Source of the DNA: a virus
Lineage: Duplodnaviria; Caudoviricetes
Length of the DNA: 39,356 nucleotides
Virus record (IMG/VR): IMGVR_UViG_3300029925_000036
Location: 1 to 39,356 of that record
Strand: one strand, 5' to 3'
Shown here: piece by piece, positions 10,016-18,441 of the stretch
Layout: each line of letters starts with the position of its first letter
Position numbering within the stretch: the stretch's first letter is position 1
Notes under the pieces: generated by a model
What the model saw: only the letters and a program-made list of their open reading frames with translations
The model's database searches: none
What the model was told of the DNA's origin: nothing
Position numbers and translations under genes: made by a program

Positions 10016-10882
10016 TTATGCTTCTGTACAAGCGATTTCGACGATTTTCTTCTCTTCCATACGGGTAGCGCCAAAAGTCTCTTCGCGGAAAACCTGTACT
10101 GAGTAGTTCTTATCTGGGCGCTCAGTAACGCGAGTGGTGGTCCCACCCTCACCCTGTGATATTACGATACCATCCTCAGCCCAAGCGAATACCTGGCGAT
10201 TGCCATCACCATCCAGTGTCAACTTCTCACTGCGTATGAATTTGAAGCCCATGAACGTATCGATCTGACCCTGAGCAAGTGCCTTCACTGAGGTGTAATC
10301 AGCGCTGGTGAGCTTCTCGATGTTCAGCATGTTCGTCACTTGGCGTGCGGTCGTTGCGATGTAGCGTGGGATATCCTCATCGATCTCATTCGCATCGAGG
10401 ATCTCCTTAGCTGAGAGTAGCTTATCTAACGTCAAGCCACCTGACGCATGTACGATCTTCTGATCTGACGGTAGCGCTACCTGTGTCGTACCTGCCTTAC
10501 CTGTATATGCAATACCAAGCGCAGCTTCGATGATGATCTGATCGCGCTTGCGGTTGAAAGACATCACCGCATTACGTGCGTATGTGCTGGTTGGGTCGAT
10601 CAACATGCGAACCTTATCCGCGTTGTCGATTAGATCTGCCCATCGGAACGTACGTAGGGATACCTTACGGCGAGCGTGAGGTGTGTCCATACGCGGCGTG
10701 TCATCATGACGACTAGCTGCCTCTTCGACATCAGTCGGGCCGACCTGCTCGAAGTACGCGGCTTCACCCGTCTGTGATTCAGTGCGGACGTAACCACCAA
10801 AGCGGCTATCCATCTGCTGCGATAGCAAGTCGATATTGCCTTCGAACTGCTCGACAAATGCTGTATCAATTTGAAAACTCAT
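10016..10882 (-). CDS. Major capsid protein
   Basis: MSFQIDTAFVEQF...LLSQQMDSR, DTPHARR, FMGFKFI and GATRMEEKKIV match the BPP-1-like podovirus capsid family. The start is moved to ATG 10882, which has a GGAGG Shine-Dalgarno. Confidence 0.92.
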   Translation of the reverse strand: MSFQIDTAFVEQFEGNIDLLSQQMDSRFGGYVRTESQTGEAAYFEQVGPTDVEEAASRHDDTPRMDTPHARRKVSLRTFRWADLIDNADKVRMLIDPTSTYARNAVMSFNRKRDQIIIEAALGIAYTGKAGTTQVALPSDQKIVHASGGLTLDKLLSAKEILDANEIDEDIPRYIATTARQVTNMLNIEKLTSADYTSVKALAQGQIDTFMGFKFIRSEKLTLDGDGNRQVFAWAEDGIVISQGEGGTTTRVTERPDKNYSVQVFREETFGATRMEEKKIVEIACTEA

Positions 10883-10927
10883 AATACCCTCCAAAAACAA
10901 TTAGATTTTTAAAAATACTAAATTTCT

Positions 10928-10986
10928 AGGGGTATCGGAGTTACCGGCCCTGCACTTACTCGTCAGGCGCTTGCGCGGTATCTGAC
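10928..10986 (-). promoter_or_regulatory. Structured 5' leader of the capsid gene: two hairpins with an identical AUAC/C internal loop
   Basis: GTCAG-ATAC-CGC-GCAA-GCG-C-CTGAC (10986-10962) and AGGG-C-CGG-TAACT-CCG-ATAC-CCCT (10951-10928). Confidence 0.6.
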
Positions 10987-11005
10987 CGGTCGTTCATATA
11001 CTACA

Positions 11006-11881
11006 TCAAGTTTTATGTGCGTTCAACTGTTGGCGGATCTTGTATACCTGATCAACAGTACTCTGGTGCTCCACGTTCTTGCGATCCATATACGCTGGGT
11101 TCTGCATCAGCGCATTCATCGTTGCCTTCAGGCTCTCCGCTGTGACTACACCACTGCCGTCGGCAAGGTTCTGATCTTCGAGTACGGTGTCGGCCAGTTT
11201 CGTGAAGATATCAACTAGGATTGGATTCTTCGCTAAATCAGCTCGTGTGATCTTGTCGCCAACAGCCTCACCTCCAACTGCCTGTACGACGCGCAGGCTT
11301 CGATCGAGAACAGCATCCACATCAGCACCGTACGTAGTGCGTAGCTGAGTCGCAGCCGCTGCATCAAGTTCCTTTGCTGCGGTAGTTGCCACATTAGCAG
11401 CGTTAGTCGAGATGTTATATAGGAAGTCGTTGATCCCTTGGGCCTGTGTATTATTGAGGCCGAGTGTGTGGATCGTCGTACGCAATGTATTTGTGAACTC
11501 GTCGTCGAACTGCTGCTCCTCCGTCAGACCCTCTGGGAGTTTAATGTCATACCCTGTGGCATCTGCAGGGCGGCCGAGCTTGTTAAACGTATCGGACCAC
11601 TGCTCGTCAGTCTCCGGCATCGTAATTTTATCTTTGCCGATCATACCGACAGCGTTCATATGCCCCTTCGCAAACGCGCCAAGGTCTGTGTACTTCACAA
11701 GGGACGGGTCTTCGCGGATATCCTCAGGGAGGAAATCACGCCAATTTTCAGATGACATTACCGGTGCAGTTGGCTCCGCGCTTGGTGTAGGGGTTGGCGT
11801 TTGATCATCACCACCGCCTGGCGTTTGATCGCCGCCAGCTTCTTCCTGCAATATGAACTTAAGGGTATTGCCTATACTCAT
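11006..11881 (-). CDS. Capsid scaffolding/assembly protein
   Basis: 291 aa with a Pro/Thr-rich N-terminus, WRDFLPED, NKLGRP and C-terminal NPAYMD..H. It lies immediately upstream of the capsid gene. Confidence 0.8.
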   Translation of the reverse strand: MSIGNTLKFILQEEAGGDQTPGGGDDQTPTPTPSAEPTAPVMSSENWRDFLPEDIREDPSLVKYTDLGAFAKGHMNAVGMIGKDKITMPETDEQWSDTFNKLGRPADATGYDIKLPEGLTEEQQFDDEFTNTLRTTIHTLGLNNTQAQGINDFLYNISTNAANVATTAAKELDAAAATQLRTTYGADVDAVLDRSLRVVQAVGGEAVGDKITRADLAKNPILVDIFTKLADTVLEDQNLADGSGVVTAESLKATMNALMQNPAYMDRKNVEHQSTVDQVYKIRQQLNAHKT

Positions 11882-12132
11882 TTACTAGCCTCCTCGACTA
11901 ACCGTGGGAAATCCGTTGGGCCATTGCCCAGGCGGATTAAAATGTGGTGCGCTACATCGCGCCTATGGGCACGTGCGACGATATTCTCAGGTACATTATC
12001 CTGCTCAACCTCAAGCACGTGGCATGTACTCATAATGTCCTCAAGTACGCGCTTCCCTGACTCTGAGTTGAACACCTCAGCGTAATCCCGCTGCAGTTGA
12101 TCGACCAGTACATCACCTTCAGTATTAACCAC
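11878..12132 (-). CDS. Small conserved head-region protein (Bbp19-like)
   Basis: YAEVFNSESGKRVLEDI motif, between portal and scaffold. Probable GTG start at 12132 after GGAGG. Confidence 0.7.
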   Translation of the reverse strand: MVNTEGDVLVDQLQRDYAEVFNSESGKRVLEDIMSTCHVLEVEQDNVPENIVARAHRRDVAHHILIRLGNGPTDFPRLVEEASK

Positions 12133-13729
12133 CAGCTGCCTCCGCTTGTGCTTGTGTATTCTCAATGTTAGCCGCTGATTGACCTTGCTGCAGTGCTACG
12201 TCACGGCGATTTACCTCAGCTCGCTGCTCTCGAATAGCATCAATATCGTCCTGAGATCGGTAGAGTTTCGGGTTGATACCGTGCAGATCCATACCGATAT
12301 GCTTAAACGCCGCATCACCATCAAACCCATCCATAATTGTTGGGTCTACCTGGATCATCGAACTCATAATATCAAATGTACGTAGGATACCACTGGCCTC
12401 CAACTGCTTCTGGGCACGTGCGATAGGACTCTCATACTCGATTTTGATCTTCATACCTTTCAATACTTCAGGTACTTCAGGGAATTTCCCCTGCCGGAGT
12501 AATAGGCTAAAAACTCTGTCAATCATCGGCCCCAGCAGCTCTGTCTGCAGGCGGCCAAGCATCGGCCCCATCAGGCGGAGCTTCTCCTCGGTACGCTGTA
12601 ATACCTCGGTCGCCGTCATCTGCGGTCCCTGCTGAAGTTGTAATTGGTCGATAAAGAAGCGCTCGCGGATACGGGCTCGTACACCATCCATCATCGCCTC
12701 GCCGATGTCGATACGCCCACCTGTCTGCAGTGGTACCGGTAGTGCACGCCCTCGGCGGTAATAGTTAATCCCTGCGGGTACTGAGCGGAGGGTTCCGATG
12801 ATACTATCATCCTCAACAAAAAGCGTCGGATCAACCACCTTCTGCGCGGCTTTGATCGTCGTCTTCATCATCGCCTGCAGCATCTTCCCATCTGGAAGCG
12901 TCGTCACCCCCGGGCCTCGACCGTAGACCTCTCCGCTGGTGGACTTCGCAAATCGCGGTGCCATCATCGGCTGCTCCTGGTACCCACTCTCCCGAATCTG
13001 GTGCTTCGTCTGAACTTCGATGAAGATCGACGCGATTGGCATATCTTTAGCTGTGACACCTTCCGTATCACGCTTGGTACGCGGCTCAATCACGTGAAGT
13101 AGTTCAACCTCAGTGTCGAACTTCTCCTTCCCGGCGAGCTTTTGGAGTTTCGGGCTCAGGAGTTTTACATCCCACTCTTGGAGTACCTGGCGTAGTGACC
13201 AACTCCATGTACGAAATAGTGTGTCCACGAGGCCGTCGGAGTTCTCTGCAATGTAACTCTCAGTGAGCGATCGCGCATTGAATACAAGGCCTTTGCGATC
13301 CTTGCGCTCACCGACGAATAATATCGCCGTACAGAACGCGCCATAGTCCATGTACACCTCATGCATCGCAGAGGAGAACCCGGCTTTAGGGTCGTTAATC
13401 TCTTCAAACATAATTGCACGCGCGTCGAACAGCCACTTCTTAATATCTGGGTTCTCGTTCAGTGCCGGGTCAGCCATCAGGAGTGACGCCCATATCGTCG
13501 CAGGGTTGGTCAGCATCCCGTGCAGCCCGGAGGCCAAAAGCTCGTTCGCGTACCCAGCGGTAGAATCAAATATTTTCTGGTTGCGTACCTCACCTGAAGC
13601 TCGCTTCGAGGTAAAATCAGCTCGGTTCGGGTACGCGTAGTCGGCGATCTCTTGCCACAGGGTATCCCAGTTCGAGCGCTTACTCTTCAACGTCTTGAGT
13701 CGTAGGATCTGTGCGGCTACGCTAACCAT
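12125..13729 (-). CDS. Portal (head-to-tail connector)
   Basis: 534 aa with RSNWDTLWQEIADY, GEVYGRGPG, MTATEVLQR and IEYESPIARAQ. Confidence 0.95.
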   Translation of the reverse strand: MVSVAAQILRLKTLKSKRSNWDTLWQEIADYAYPNRADFTSKRASGEVRNQKIFDSTAGYANELLASGLHGMLTNPATIWASLLMADPALNENPDIKKWLFDARAIMFEEINDPKAGFSSAMHEVYMDYGAFCTAILFVGERKDRKGLVFNARSLTESYIAENSDGLVDTLFRTWSWSLRQVLQEWDVKLLSPKLQKLAGKEKFDTEVELLHVIEPRTKRDTEGVTAKDMPIASIFIEVQTKHQIRESGYQEQPMMAPRFAKSTSGEVYGRGPGVTTLPDGKMLQAMMKTTIKAAQKVVDPTLFVEDDSIIGTLRSVPAGINYYRRGRALPVPLQTGGRIDIGEAMMDGVRARIRERFFIDQLQLQQGPQMTATEVLQRTEEKLRLMGPMLGRLQTELLGPMIDRVFSLLLRQGKFPEVPEVLKGMKIKIEYESPIARAQKQLEASGILRTFDIMSSMIQVDPTIMDGFDGDAAFKHIGMDLHGINPKLYRSQDDIDAIREQRAEVNRRDVALQQGQSAANIENTQAQAEAAGG

Positions 13730-14276
13730 TTAAGTGTCCAATTGCGTGTAGGTGGATGTGCTCAACTGTGACTACCGAGGTACTTGTCTCATTTGTCACC
13801 CAAATCTCGAAGTAATCATCCGTCGCCATGTTCACGTCTGCAAGGAGTGTCATATTCCCAATGTCCGCACCGGTACCAACTTTACGCTTGGCGACGGTGT
13901 TTGGAAGTACAGTTCCGTTTTTCGCAAGCTGAAATCCGACCACCTGGTTACTACCACCACAGGTCATTGATATTGAGGCTGCTACCTGCACGTGTCGTGT
14001 CGGTGCGCCGATATACCGTAGGCGATTACTCATACCTGGGCCATCATCAAAGTCTTGGAGTACCGCGTCCAGCACGGTTGTACCAGCTGCCTTATAATAC
14101 GTACCTGCGACCGCGATTGTCGTCGCGGCTGGTGTGCCCATGCTAAGACCCCCGTGCGAGGGCTTCACCGATAGGACTAGATCGCGGAGATCCTGAGCTG
14201 TGATCTCACCAGCTGCTTGGCCATCCTGAAACAAGTTGGCCAGTAAGTCAGAGGACGTGCGTGCGGTGTCAACCAT
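13722..14276 (-). CDS. Hypothetical structural protein (N-terminal GEITAQDLRD motif, C-terminal C1q/TNF-like beta domain)
   Basis: 184 aa with a beta-rich C-terminus (DYFEIWV). The fold is inferred from the sequence pattern only. Confidence 0.45.
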   Translation of the reverse strand: MVDTARTSSDLLANLFQDGQAAGEITAQDLRDLVLSVKPSHGGLSMGTPAATTIAVAGTYYKAAGTTVLDAVLQDFDDGPGMSNRLRYIGAPTRHVQVAASISMTCGGSNQVVGFQLAKNGTVLPNTVAKRKVGTGADIGNMTLLADVNMATDDYFEIWVTNETSTSVVTVEHIHLHAIGHLNG

Positions 14277-14277
14277 A

Positions 14278-14637
14278 TTACGCGCCCTTGCCGAGTAGTT
14301 CTTTCGCTGTACCTAGCGTCGATCGGAAGATGTCTGGGGTGATTCGGCGGCGGCGGGATGCGGACTGTGTGGACTTCGGCCCAAGTTGTAGCGCTGCGCG
14401 CTGACCTTTCAGTGACGTAGCAGCGGCAAGGGCGTCAGTTAGGTTAGTTAAGTACGAGTTCGCCCCGCCCCCACTTCCCTCGCCGGCTGTTGCTGCTATC
14501 TCAGCCTCGCGACGCGCTTGTGGTAGCTGTGCCTTCAAGGCTGCGATCTCCTCCGGTGTCGCAGTTCCAGATTTGAGCTTTTCTAACTTCTGACCTCGTT
14601 CAAATTGTAGCCCAATACCTGTGTATGGATTCGCCAT
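14278..14637 (-). CDS. Hypothetical protein upstream of the portal
   Basis: ATG 14637 preceded by AGGAGG. It ends TAKELLGKGA, a K.LLG tail common in small pre-portal podovirus genes. Confidence 0.6.
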   Translation of the reverse strand: MANPYTGIGLQFERGQKLEKLKSGTATPEEIAALKAQLPQARREAEIAATAGEGSGGGANSYLTNLTDALAAATSLKGQRAALQLGPKSTQSASRRRRITPDIFRSTLGTAKELLGKGA

Positions 14638-14672
14638 CTCAAACCTCCTAAGTACCGCTGTATACGCCCATT

Positions 14673-16037
14673 TCAATTGAGGATATCATAATCCTCTACC
14701 ATTAGCTGTTGCTGTGGCTTCACAGCACCGAATTCCATTGGGTCATACCCAGTGTCCGAACTTACCTGACGTTTCATATTTGGTCGCAACTCCACCAGCC
14801 CAACCGCGAGTGTTCGCATGGCGTCGGCCGCGTGAGATGTATAGTCATGAACCGGCTTGTACACCCCTAACTTCTCATTAAACTCTGATCGATACAGCGC
14901 TAACATCTCGAACCCAGCCTCGGTCGTCTCCTCGTGGAAGTACATACGCGGTAGTATTGACCGCACCGCCTGAATACCATCCTCAACTGATTGGCGTGGT
15001 ACTGCAGTTACTGGCTGCTGGAGGAGCTTTTCGAGGATTTCCTGGCGAGTCCTAGCTTCCGCGCCCATATTACGCACTGTAATATCATGTGGTAGTAGGT
15101 GATCAGCATACGTATATGGCTTCTCTGTAAGAATCTTCGCATAGTGCTCAAACCCCTCCCCACGGTTGGAGTAATAATCGATTACTCGAATCTCATTTCT
15201 AAATACCTGTACGAACCATATCGCAGTATCATCATCAACACCGATATCCCAGCCAGTATAGACCGGTAGTTTGGGATCGTACGGTACTCGGCCGACGCGG
15301 TTCTCAGCCTTGGCTTTCACGATCTGCTTGCCATAGTACGACCCAGATACCGCAGCGTCGAACGAGCAGTAATATTCCTGCTGTATCATCTCTTCCGAGA
15401 GCCCTGCATCCCGCTCATCTTGGATAATCGATACCGGATACGCATTGGTATCCTCAAGTGTCAGCAGCTCGGCGTACCACTTAGGGTTTTTCTTGGCCAT
15501 CTGGAATAGCGTATTCCCATGGTTTTTCCCTCGCGGTGTGTAGATGAACAGTGACCACCCCCCATTCTCAGCTAAAATTGGTGATATGAAGCGCCACGCG
15601 GCCGGGTTTGCCACTGAGTACTCCGAGAATATTACGCCCACTGGGTTAGCGCCTACGAGCGAATCGTAGTTGTCAGATCCAACTACCTGCCAGATCGAAC
15701 CGCACTTCAACTCAATGCGCATCTCCTGGTTATTCGTGGATTTTCGCAGCGCCTCTGGGAACGCCTGGTCAATCATGCGACGGCCCTGCTTATCGATACC
15801 ATCCCAAACCACCTTACGGCCCTGTTTGAGTGTCGGGAGCATGTGCCAGTACACACCCACCCGCTGGTGTGCCGCTACGACGGTCCAATTGAACGCGAGG
15901 GAATCCTTCCCCCCACGTCGGTGCCATACCGCCACACCACGCAGGCCACCCTGTTCTAGGTAACGCCAGAGGGGAAGTTGGTAGGCTCTCGGCCTCCACT
16001 CGTTCGGGAGTGTGATTGTCGTGGACTTGGCTGGCAT
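14673..16037 (-). CDS. terL: Terminase large subunit
   Basis: 454 aa with Walker A HRRGGKD, Walker B GVIFSE, coupling YTPRG, and nuclease GWDIG..D and SHAADAMR. Confidence 0.95.
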   Translation of the reverse strand: MPAKSTTITLPNEWRPRAYQLPLWRYLEQGGLRGVAVWHRRGGKDSLAFNWTVVAAHQRVGVYWHMLPTLKQGRKVVWDGIDKQGRRMIDQAFPEALRKSTNNQEMRIELKCGSIWQVVGSDNYDSLVGANPVGVIFSEYSVANPAAWRFISPILAENGGWSLFIYTPRGKNHGNTLFQMAKKNPKWYAELLTLEDTNAYPVSIIQDERDAGLSEEMIQQEYYCSFDAAVSGSYYGKQIVKAKAENRVGRVPYDPKLPVYTGWDIGVDDDTAIWFVQVFRNEIRVIDYYSNRGEGFEHYAKILTEKPYTYADHLLPHDITVRNMGAEARTRQEILEKLLQQPVTAVPRQSVEDGIQAVRSILPRMYFHEETTEAGFEMLALYRSEFNEKLGVYKPVHDYTSHAADAMRTLAVGLVELRPNMKRQVSSDTGYDPMEFGAVKPQQQLMVEDYDILN

Positions 16038-16046
16038 CAGTGGTAG

Positions 16047-16631
16047 TTACCCATCAGTAATAACCTTACTATCAGTGTGGAATTGCTCGGCTTCAGAATC
16101 TGAAAAATTGGCTATGCGGGAACCTTCACTACAGTCTGAAGCGCCGAGTTTGGGGGTACCCCCCCGCGAAGAGGCCCCCCCGCCGGGAGCCGCGTGCTCA
16201 ACTACCTCGCCCTCGACAACCTCCGCGCCGCCGAACTGCATAATTGAGACGTTGACGCCTCCCGAATGCTCGAGTTTTTGGACTGGATTGAAGTTGTCAG
16301 GGTCGTGAGCCCTGAGCAGTAGCTCCATGAGTCTGTCCGAGGGCTCATACACGTGATCAATCAGCTCGCCCTTATAGTAGATCGGCTTCTTGACTCCTTT
16401 TATAGCGCGATTCCGCGCGACCATTTTTAGCTTGTCGGTGGCTATCTCCAGTGCGATTCCCCATTGAGCTTTGAATGCTGGATCTCGCTTAGAGAGTCTG
16501 TAGGCCTGCTCGCGATGACACCGCGCGTGCATACACGATGCTGTGATGTTGCCTGTGTCGCGTAGCGCAGCCAGGAACCGAGATTCCCAGCCCTCGCGCG
16601 CGCGTAAAGACGCTGCGGTAACTGTGCCCAT
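16047..16631 (-). CDS. terS: Terminase small subunit
   Basis: FLAALRDTGNITASC HTH, RAIKGVKKPIYYKG, SDRLMELLLRA and KLEHSG. It lies directly upstream of terL. Confidence 0.85.
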   Translation of the reverse strand: MGTVTAASLRAREGWESRFLAALRDTGNITASCMHARCHREQAYRLSKRDPAFKAQWGIALEIATDKLKMVARNRAIKGVKKPIYYKGELIDHVYEPSDRLMELLLRAHDPDNFNPVQKLEHSGGVNVSIMQFGGAEVVEGEVVEHAAPGGGASSRGGTPKLGASDCSEGSRIANFSDSEAEQFHTDSKVITDG

Positions 16632-16638
16632 GATATAG

Positions 16639-16667
16639 AGCGTAGCTGCTCAGTACGTACAGCGCAA
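16639..16667 (-). promoter_or_regulatory. Sigma70-like promoter for the packaging/structural arm
   Basis: Minus strand TTGCGC-17 nt-TACGCT. The -10 ends 7 nt before the terS ATG. Confidence 0.55.
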
Positions 16668-16685
16668 TAACTAACTGTAGTTATT
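16666..16685. promoter_or_regulatory. Palindromic operator-like site between divergent promoters
   Basis: AATAACTA-ACTG-TAGTTATT, a perfect 8-bp inverted repeat. Confidence 0.55.
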
Positions 16686-16698
16686 TAACGACGTGCTG

Positions 16699-16727
16699 TT
16701 GTTTATGGCTGATAGCTGTGGTATAGT
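16699..16727 (+). promoter_or_regulatory. Sigma70-like early promoter with extended -10
   Basis: TTGTTT-17 nt-TATAGT with TG at 16719-16720. Confidence 0.6.
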
Positions 16728-16761
16728 CTCCTCACTGACTACAGCAACCGGGGAGAGTAAA

Positions 16762-17043
16762 ATGCTTATACACACAATACCGCAAAAAGAGAGCAACACC
16801 GGCAGTATCCACGACATAGCCAGCCAGCACTTTGATCGGGATATAAAATTTCCAGGCGGGTGCTTATACGCCGTTGTCTGCGCGTCATATTACGGCGGCC
16901 GGGGGTATACAGCTCATAAAACAGTAGCCGCAACGATCAAGGCCAGCAATGCAGCCGGTGATTACAGTCACTCAATAATTGATGCCCACGGTGCGTTTTA
17001 CGCGATTGAGTGTGATTATCTAGTACGACTAGAGGCGGAGTAA
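16762..17043 (+). CDS. Hypothetical early protein
   Basis: ATG 16762 follows GGGAGAG. The ORF-track start at 16693 lies at the upstream edge of the promoter, so it would not be transcribed. Confidence 0.65.
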   Translation: MLIHTIPQKESNTGSIHDIASQHFDRDIKFPGGCLYAVVCASYYGGRGYTAHKTVAATIKASNAAGDYSHSIIDAHGAFYAIECDYLVRLEAE

Positions 17044-17083
17044 TTAAATAAATTTGTTGTAAAACTTGAAGGAGATTTAAACC

Positions 17084-17569
17084 ATGTACGCAATATACGA
17101 TGAGATTGGCGCTGAATACGCTGCTGCACAGGCTGGTGATAGATTAGTACGCGACGCTATCGCATATCTAAAAAACAAGTTGCTGAATGATAGCCCGAAA
17201 ATGAGTAGTCCGGCCGCCACGCGGGACTACCTAACGCTAGTGCTGGCCGACAAACCGCACGAGGAATTTTATGCGGTGTGGCTCACAAGCGCGAATCAGG
17301 TCATCGATATTGAAAAACTTTTTACGGGCACTATTAGCGGTGCGAGCGTCCATCCGCGTGAGGTTGTTCGGGCAGCGATCCGAGTAAATGCTGCCGCCGT
17401 TATTTTTGCCCACAATCACCCGTCGGGTAGTACTACAGCGAGTACTGCCGATCAGACTATCACGCTGCAACTAAAAGCGGTATTGAGCACCATTGATGTC
17501 CGGGTGCTCGACCATTTAATTGTAGGTCATACTGAGATATTGTCGTTTGCTGAAGCAGGTCTATTATAG
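17084..17569 (+). CDS. radC: RadC-family JAB/MPN domain protein
   Basis: HEEFYAVWL, LFTGTI..ASVHPREVV, HNHPSG...S..D and VLDHLIVG, with an AAGGAG Shine-Dalgarno. Confidence 0.93.
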   Translation: MYAIYDEIGAEYAAAQAGDRLVRDAIAYLKNKLLNDSPKMSSPAATRDYLTLVLADKPHEEFYAVWLTSANQVIDIEKLFTGTISGASVHPREVVRAAIRVNAAAVIFAHNHPSGSTTASTADQTITLQLKAVLSTIDVRVLDHLIVGHTEILSFAEAGLL

Positions 17570-17598
17570 CTCTAAACACCACTAAATGAGGTTTAACT

Positions 17599-17838
17599 AT
17601 GTACAAAATCCTACAGCCTAGAAACCCGCACCGGCTCAAAGCGTGGTTACGCCATCACCTCAAATCTCACATGAGTATCGATACTCACATCCAGGATCTC
17701 ATTAGCTGGTGTGAAGAGCAGCTAAACGATGGTGACTCGCTACAGTACGCACTCGCTAGCTATGATACCCGGTCGCGTCAAGTCGAAACGCTGTATCTCC
17801 ATAGTTTGGAGTTTGATATCCATGAGGTGATGCGGTGA
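17599..17838 (+). CDS. Hypothetical protein
   Basis: 79 aa, GAGG Shine-Dalgarno, GTGA overlap with the next gene. Confidence 0.6.
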   Translation: MYKILQPRNPHRLKAWLRHHLKSHMSIDTHIQDLISWCEEQLNDGDSLQYALASYDTRSRQVETLYLHSLEFDIHEVMR

Positions 17839-18269
17839 TCGGGTACCCGCCAATCCGGCGCCAGGATGCAACGCCCATGATCAGGATATTTATCAAAGAT
17901 GGCGAGTGGGGTAATGCGTACCACCTCGCCATCCTCCTAAATAAGCCTCTAGCTTATGGTATAGACCGTCGTGATGGTGATGTAGTTGTGTTTATAAAAG
18001 TTAAACCTATCGTGATTGATGCTGACATTGATATGTTTGTGGGGTTTGATGTAGTACAAGAACGGTGGGGCGTCACTGAGCTAACAACTGCGCGAGCCCT
18101 CGAGGCTGCTGTACACCGCTCACAAAAAGCCGCTACAGCGAGTGTATTGCGACGGGTTGCTGATCTAACACCCACAAAGCTGGCGCGAGTGGTGGCCAGT
18201 GCACCAAAAATAACACAGGCCGAACTCGAAACACGCTTTCTAACTACCTACGAGGTACTCACCACATGA
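17835..18269 (+). CDS. Hypothetical protein
   Basis: 144 aa, GAGGTG Shine-Dalgarno, coupled at both ends. Confidence 0.6.
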   Translation: MIGYPPIRRQDATPMIRIFIKDGEWGNAYHLAILLNKPLAYGIDRRDGDVVVFIKVKPIVIDADIDMFVGFDVVQERWGVTELTTARALEAAVHRSQKAATASVLRRVADLTPTKLARVVASAPKITQAELETRFLTTYEVLTT

Positions 18270-18397
18270 AAACACACCGCCAGGACTACGCACAGCCCAC
18301 CACGTCGCGCAAATGGTGGCGGCCCTATCCTACCCGCCAAGCGACAAGTTACGCGCCCAGAACGACGCTCATGCTCCTCAGCCGTCAAGCGTCATAG
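18266..18397 (+). CDS. Possible small protein (43 aa)
   Basis: ATGA overlap and GAGGT Shine-Dalgarno; MKTHRQDYAQ...; too short to assess. Confidence 0.3.
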   Translation: MKTHRQDYAQPTTSRKWWRPYPTRQATSYAPRTTLMLLSRQAS

Positions 18398-18441
18398 TTA
18401 AAACGTGATGCGATTTAATACTTAACCGGAGTTATTTAGAC

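Noticed and set aside
16735-16743. Origin nonamer CTGACTACA at the early transcription start
   Set aside because: A single 9-mer can occur by chance in 39 kb, and another copy lies inside a tail gene near 7410.
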